Source: Streptosporangiaceae bacterium (GTDB lineage Bacteria; Actinomycetota; Actinomycetes; Streptosporangiales; Streptosporangiaceae). From it: a stretch of 27,296 bases of DNA. Positions 26,467 through 27,296 of this stretch are shown here, piece by piece; positions within the stretch are counted from its first letter, which is position 1, and every line of letters starts with the position of its first letter. The position numbers and the translations under genes are program-made. The DNA lies in contig DASWVA010000205.1 of the NCBI GenBank assembly GCA_036401415.1, positions 1 through 27,296 on the forward strand, in the 5' to 3' direction. Under the pieces are notes generated by a model, which made no database searches, had not been told where the DNA came from, and worked only from the letters and a program-made list of their open reading frames with translations.

Positions 26467-27252
26467 ATGCCGATCGCGGCCGGATACCGGGAGTGGGCGC
26501 CACCGCCCGCCCTGCGCCCGGCCCTGGCCTGCCTGTGGTCCAGCCGCCCGCCGGACCAGCCAGACTCGGCGGCTGTTCCCCGCGGCCAGGCCACGCTGGT
26601 GCTCCCGGACGGCTGCGCCGACCTGATCTGGACGCAGGGCGGCCGCGCGTTCGTGGCCGGCCCGGACACCGGCCCCGTGCCCGCCCTGCTGTCTCCCGGC
26701 GCGGTCCTGGTCGGGCTGCGATTCCGGCCCGGCGCCGGCGGTGACCTGCTCGGCGTCCCGCTCAGCGAACTGCGTGACCGGCGTGTGGACCTGGCCGAGC
26801 TGCGGCCCGAGCTGGCCGGGTCACTGTCTCCGGACCTGGCGGCCGGTCAGGTGGCGGCCCGGCTCGCCGCCCTGGCCGGGCAGTTGATCACCGACCGGCC
26901 CCCCGACCCGGCCGCACTGGCCGCTTGCCGCCTGCTGGCCCGGCCCGGGTCCCGGGCCGAAGACGTGGCCGAAGCCGTCGGGCTGAGTACCCGCCAGCTG
27001 CGCCGCCGTTGCCAGGCCGCGGTCGGTTACGGCCCGAAGATGCTGCAGCGCGTGCTGCGTTTTCGCCGGTTCGTCTCGATCATCGACGCGTCCGCGGGCA
27101 CCGCGGACCTGGCCGGGGCCGCCACCGCCAGTGGCTACGCCGACCAGCCGCACCTGACCCGGGACACCGTTGAGCTGGCCGGACTGCCCCCGGCCGCCCT
27201 GATCCGCGCCCGCCACCCGGGTGTCCGCCTTCCCGGCGCCCGCGTCGGCTGA
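26467..27252 (+). CDS. AraC-family transcriptional regulator, 261 aa
   Basis: N-terminal YREWAPPP...LVLPDGCADLIW...GLRFRPG domain and C-terminal HTH VAEAVGLSTRQLRRRC...GYGPK...GYADQPHLTRD. CATCCT lies 6 nt before the ATG. Confidence 0.9.
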   Translation: MPIAAGYREWAPPPALRPALACLWSSRPPDQPDSAAVPRGQATLVLPDGCADLIWTQGGRAFVAGPDTGPVPALLSPGAVLVGLRFRPGAGGDLLGVPLSELRDRRVDLAELRPELAGSLSPDLAAGQVAARLAALAGQLITDRPPDPAALAACRLLARPGSRAEDVAEAVGLSTRQLRRRCQAAVGYGPKMLQRVLRFRRFVSIIDASAGTADLAGAATASGYADQPHLTRDTVELAGLPPAALIRARHPGVRLPGARVG

Positions 27253-27269
27253 GCCCGCATGACCGCGTC

Positions 27270-27296
27270 TCAGCCGTGGTCGGGTTCGGCGATCAT
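27270..27296 (-). CDS. Probable 3' end of a convergent gene that starts outside the window (...MIAEPDHG*)
   Basis: Open frame with GC3-rich codons ending at TGA 27270-27272. Too short to assign. Confidence 0.3.
   Translation of the reverse strand: MIAEPDHG

Overview
Very GC-rich chromosomal DNA from an actinobacterium (inferred from FurA-KatG, GlnE, an actinobacterial-type SOS box and many leaderless starts). I found no rRNA, tRNA, CRISPR array or IS/transposase. From left to right: a decayed vapBC-type toxin-antitoxin locus with fragments of other genes; an SDR; a translationally coupled 5-gene operon (ECF sigma, membrane anti-sigma, ABC ATPase, two permease-like proteins) with a divergent His-motif membrane protein; a dual-specificity phosphatase and a GNAT; a small acidic protein; an APH-fold kinase pseudogene behind a promoter and a strongly base-paired leader; a four-carbon acid-sugar module (LtnD-like, DUF1537 kinase, DenD-like); DUF72, DUF2127, DUF5996; furA-katG; a DsbA-like protein; lexA with its own SOS box; an RsbW-like HATPase; an S9 peptidase; a GNAT; glnE; an AraC regulator. 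The best leads are (1) a candidate multi-stem cis-regulatory RNA at 8534-8663, whose downstream gene has both catalytic Asp positions changed to Asn, (2) mirrored promoter-like motifs linking the ECF operon to the divergent membrane gene, (3) a DUF1537 kinase of the DDDPTG type without a partner aldolase or decarboxylase in the window, and (4) about seven apparent deletion scars that fuse or truncate genes. Family calls come from motif recognition only; no database search or folding program was run.
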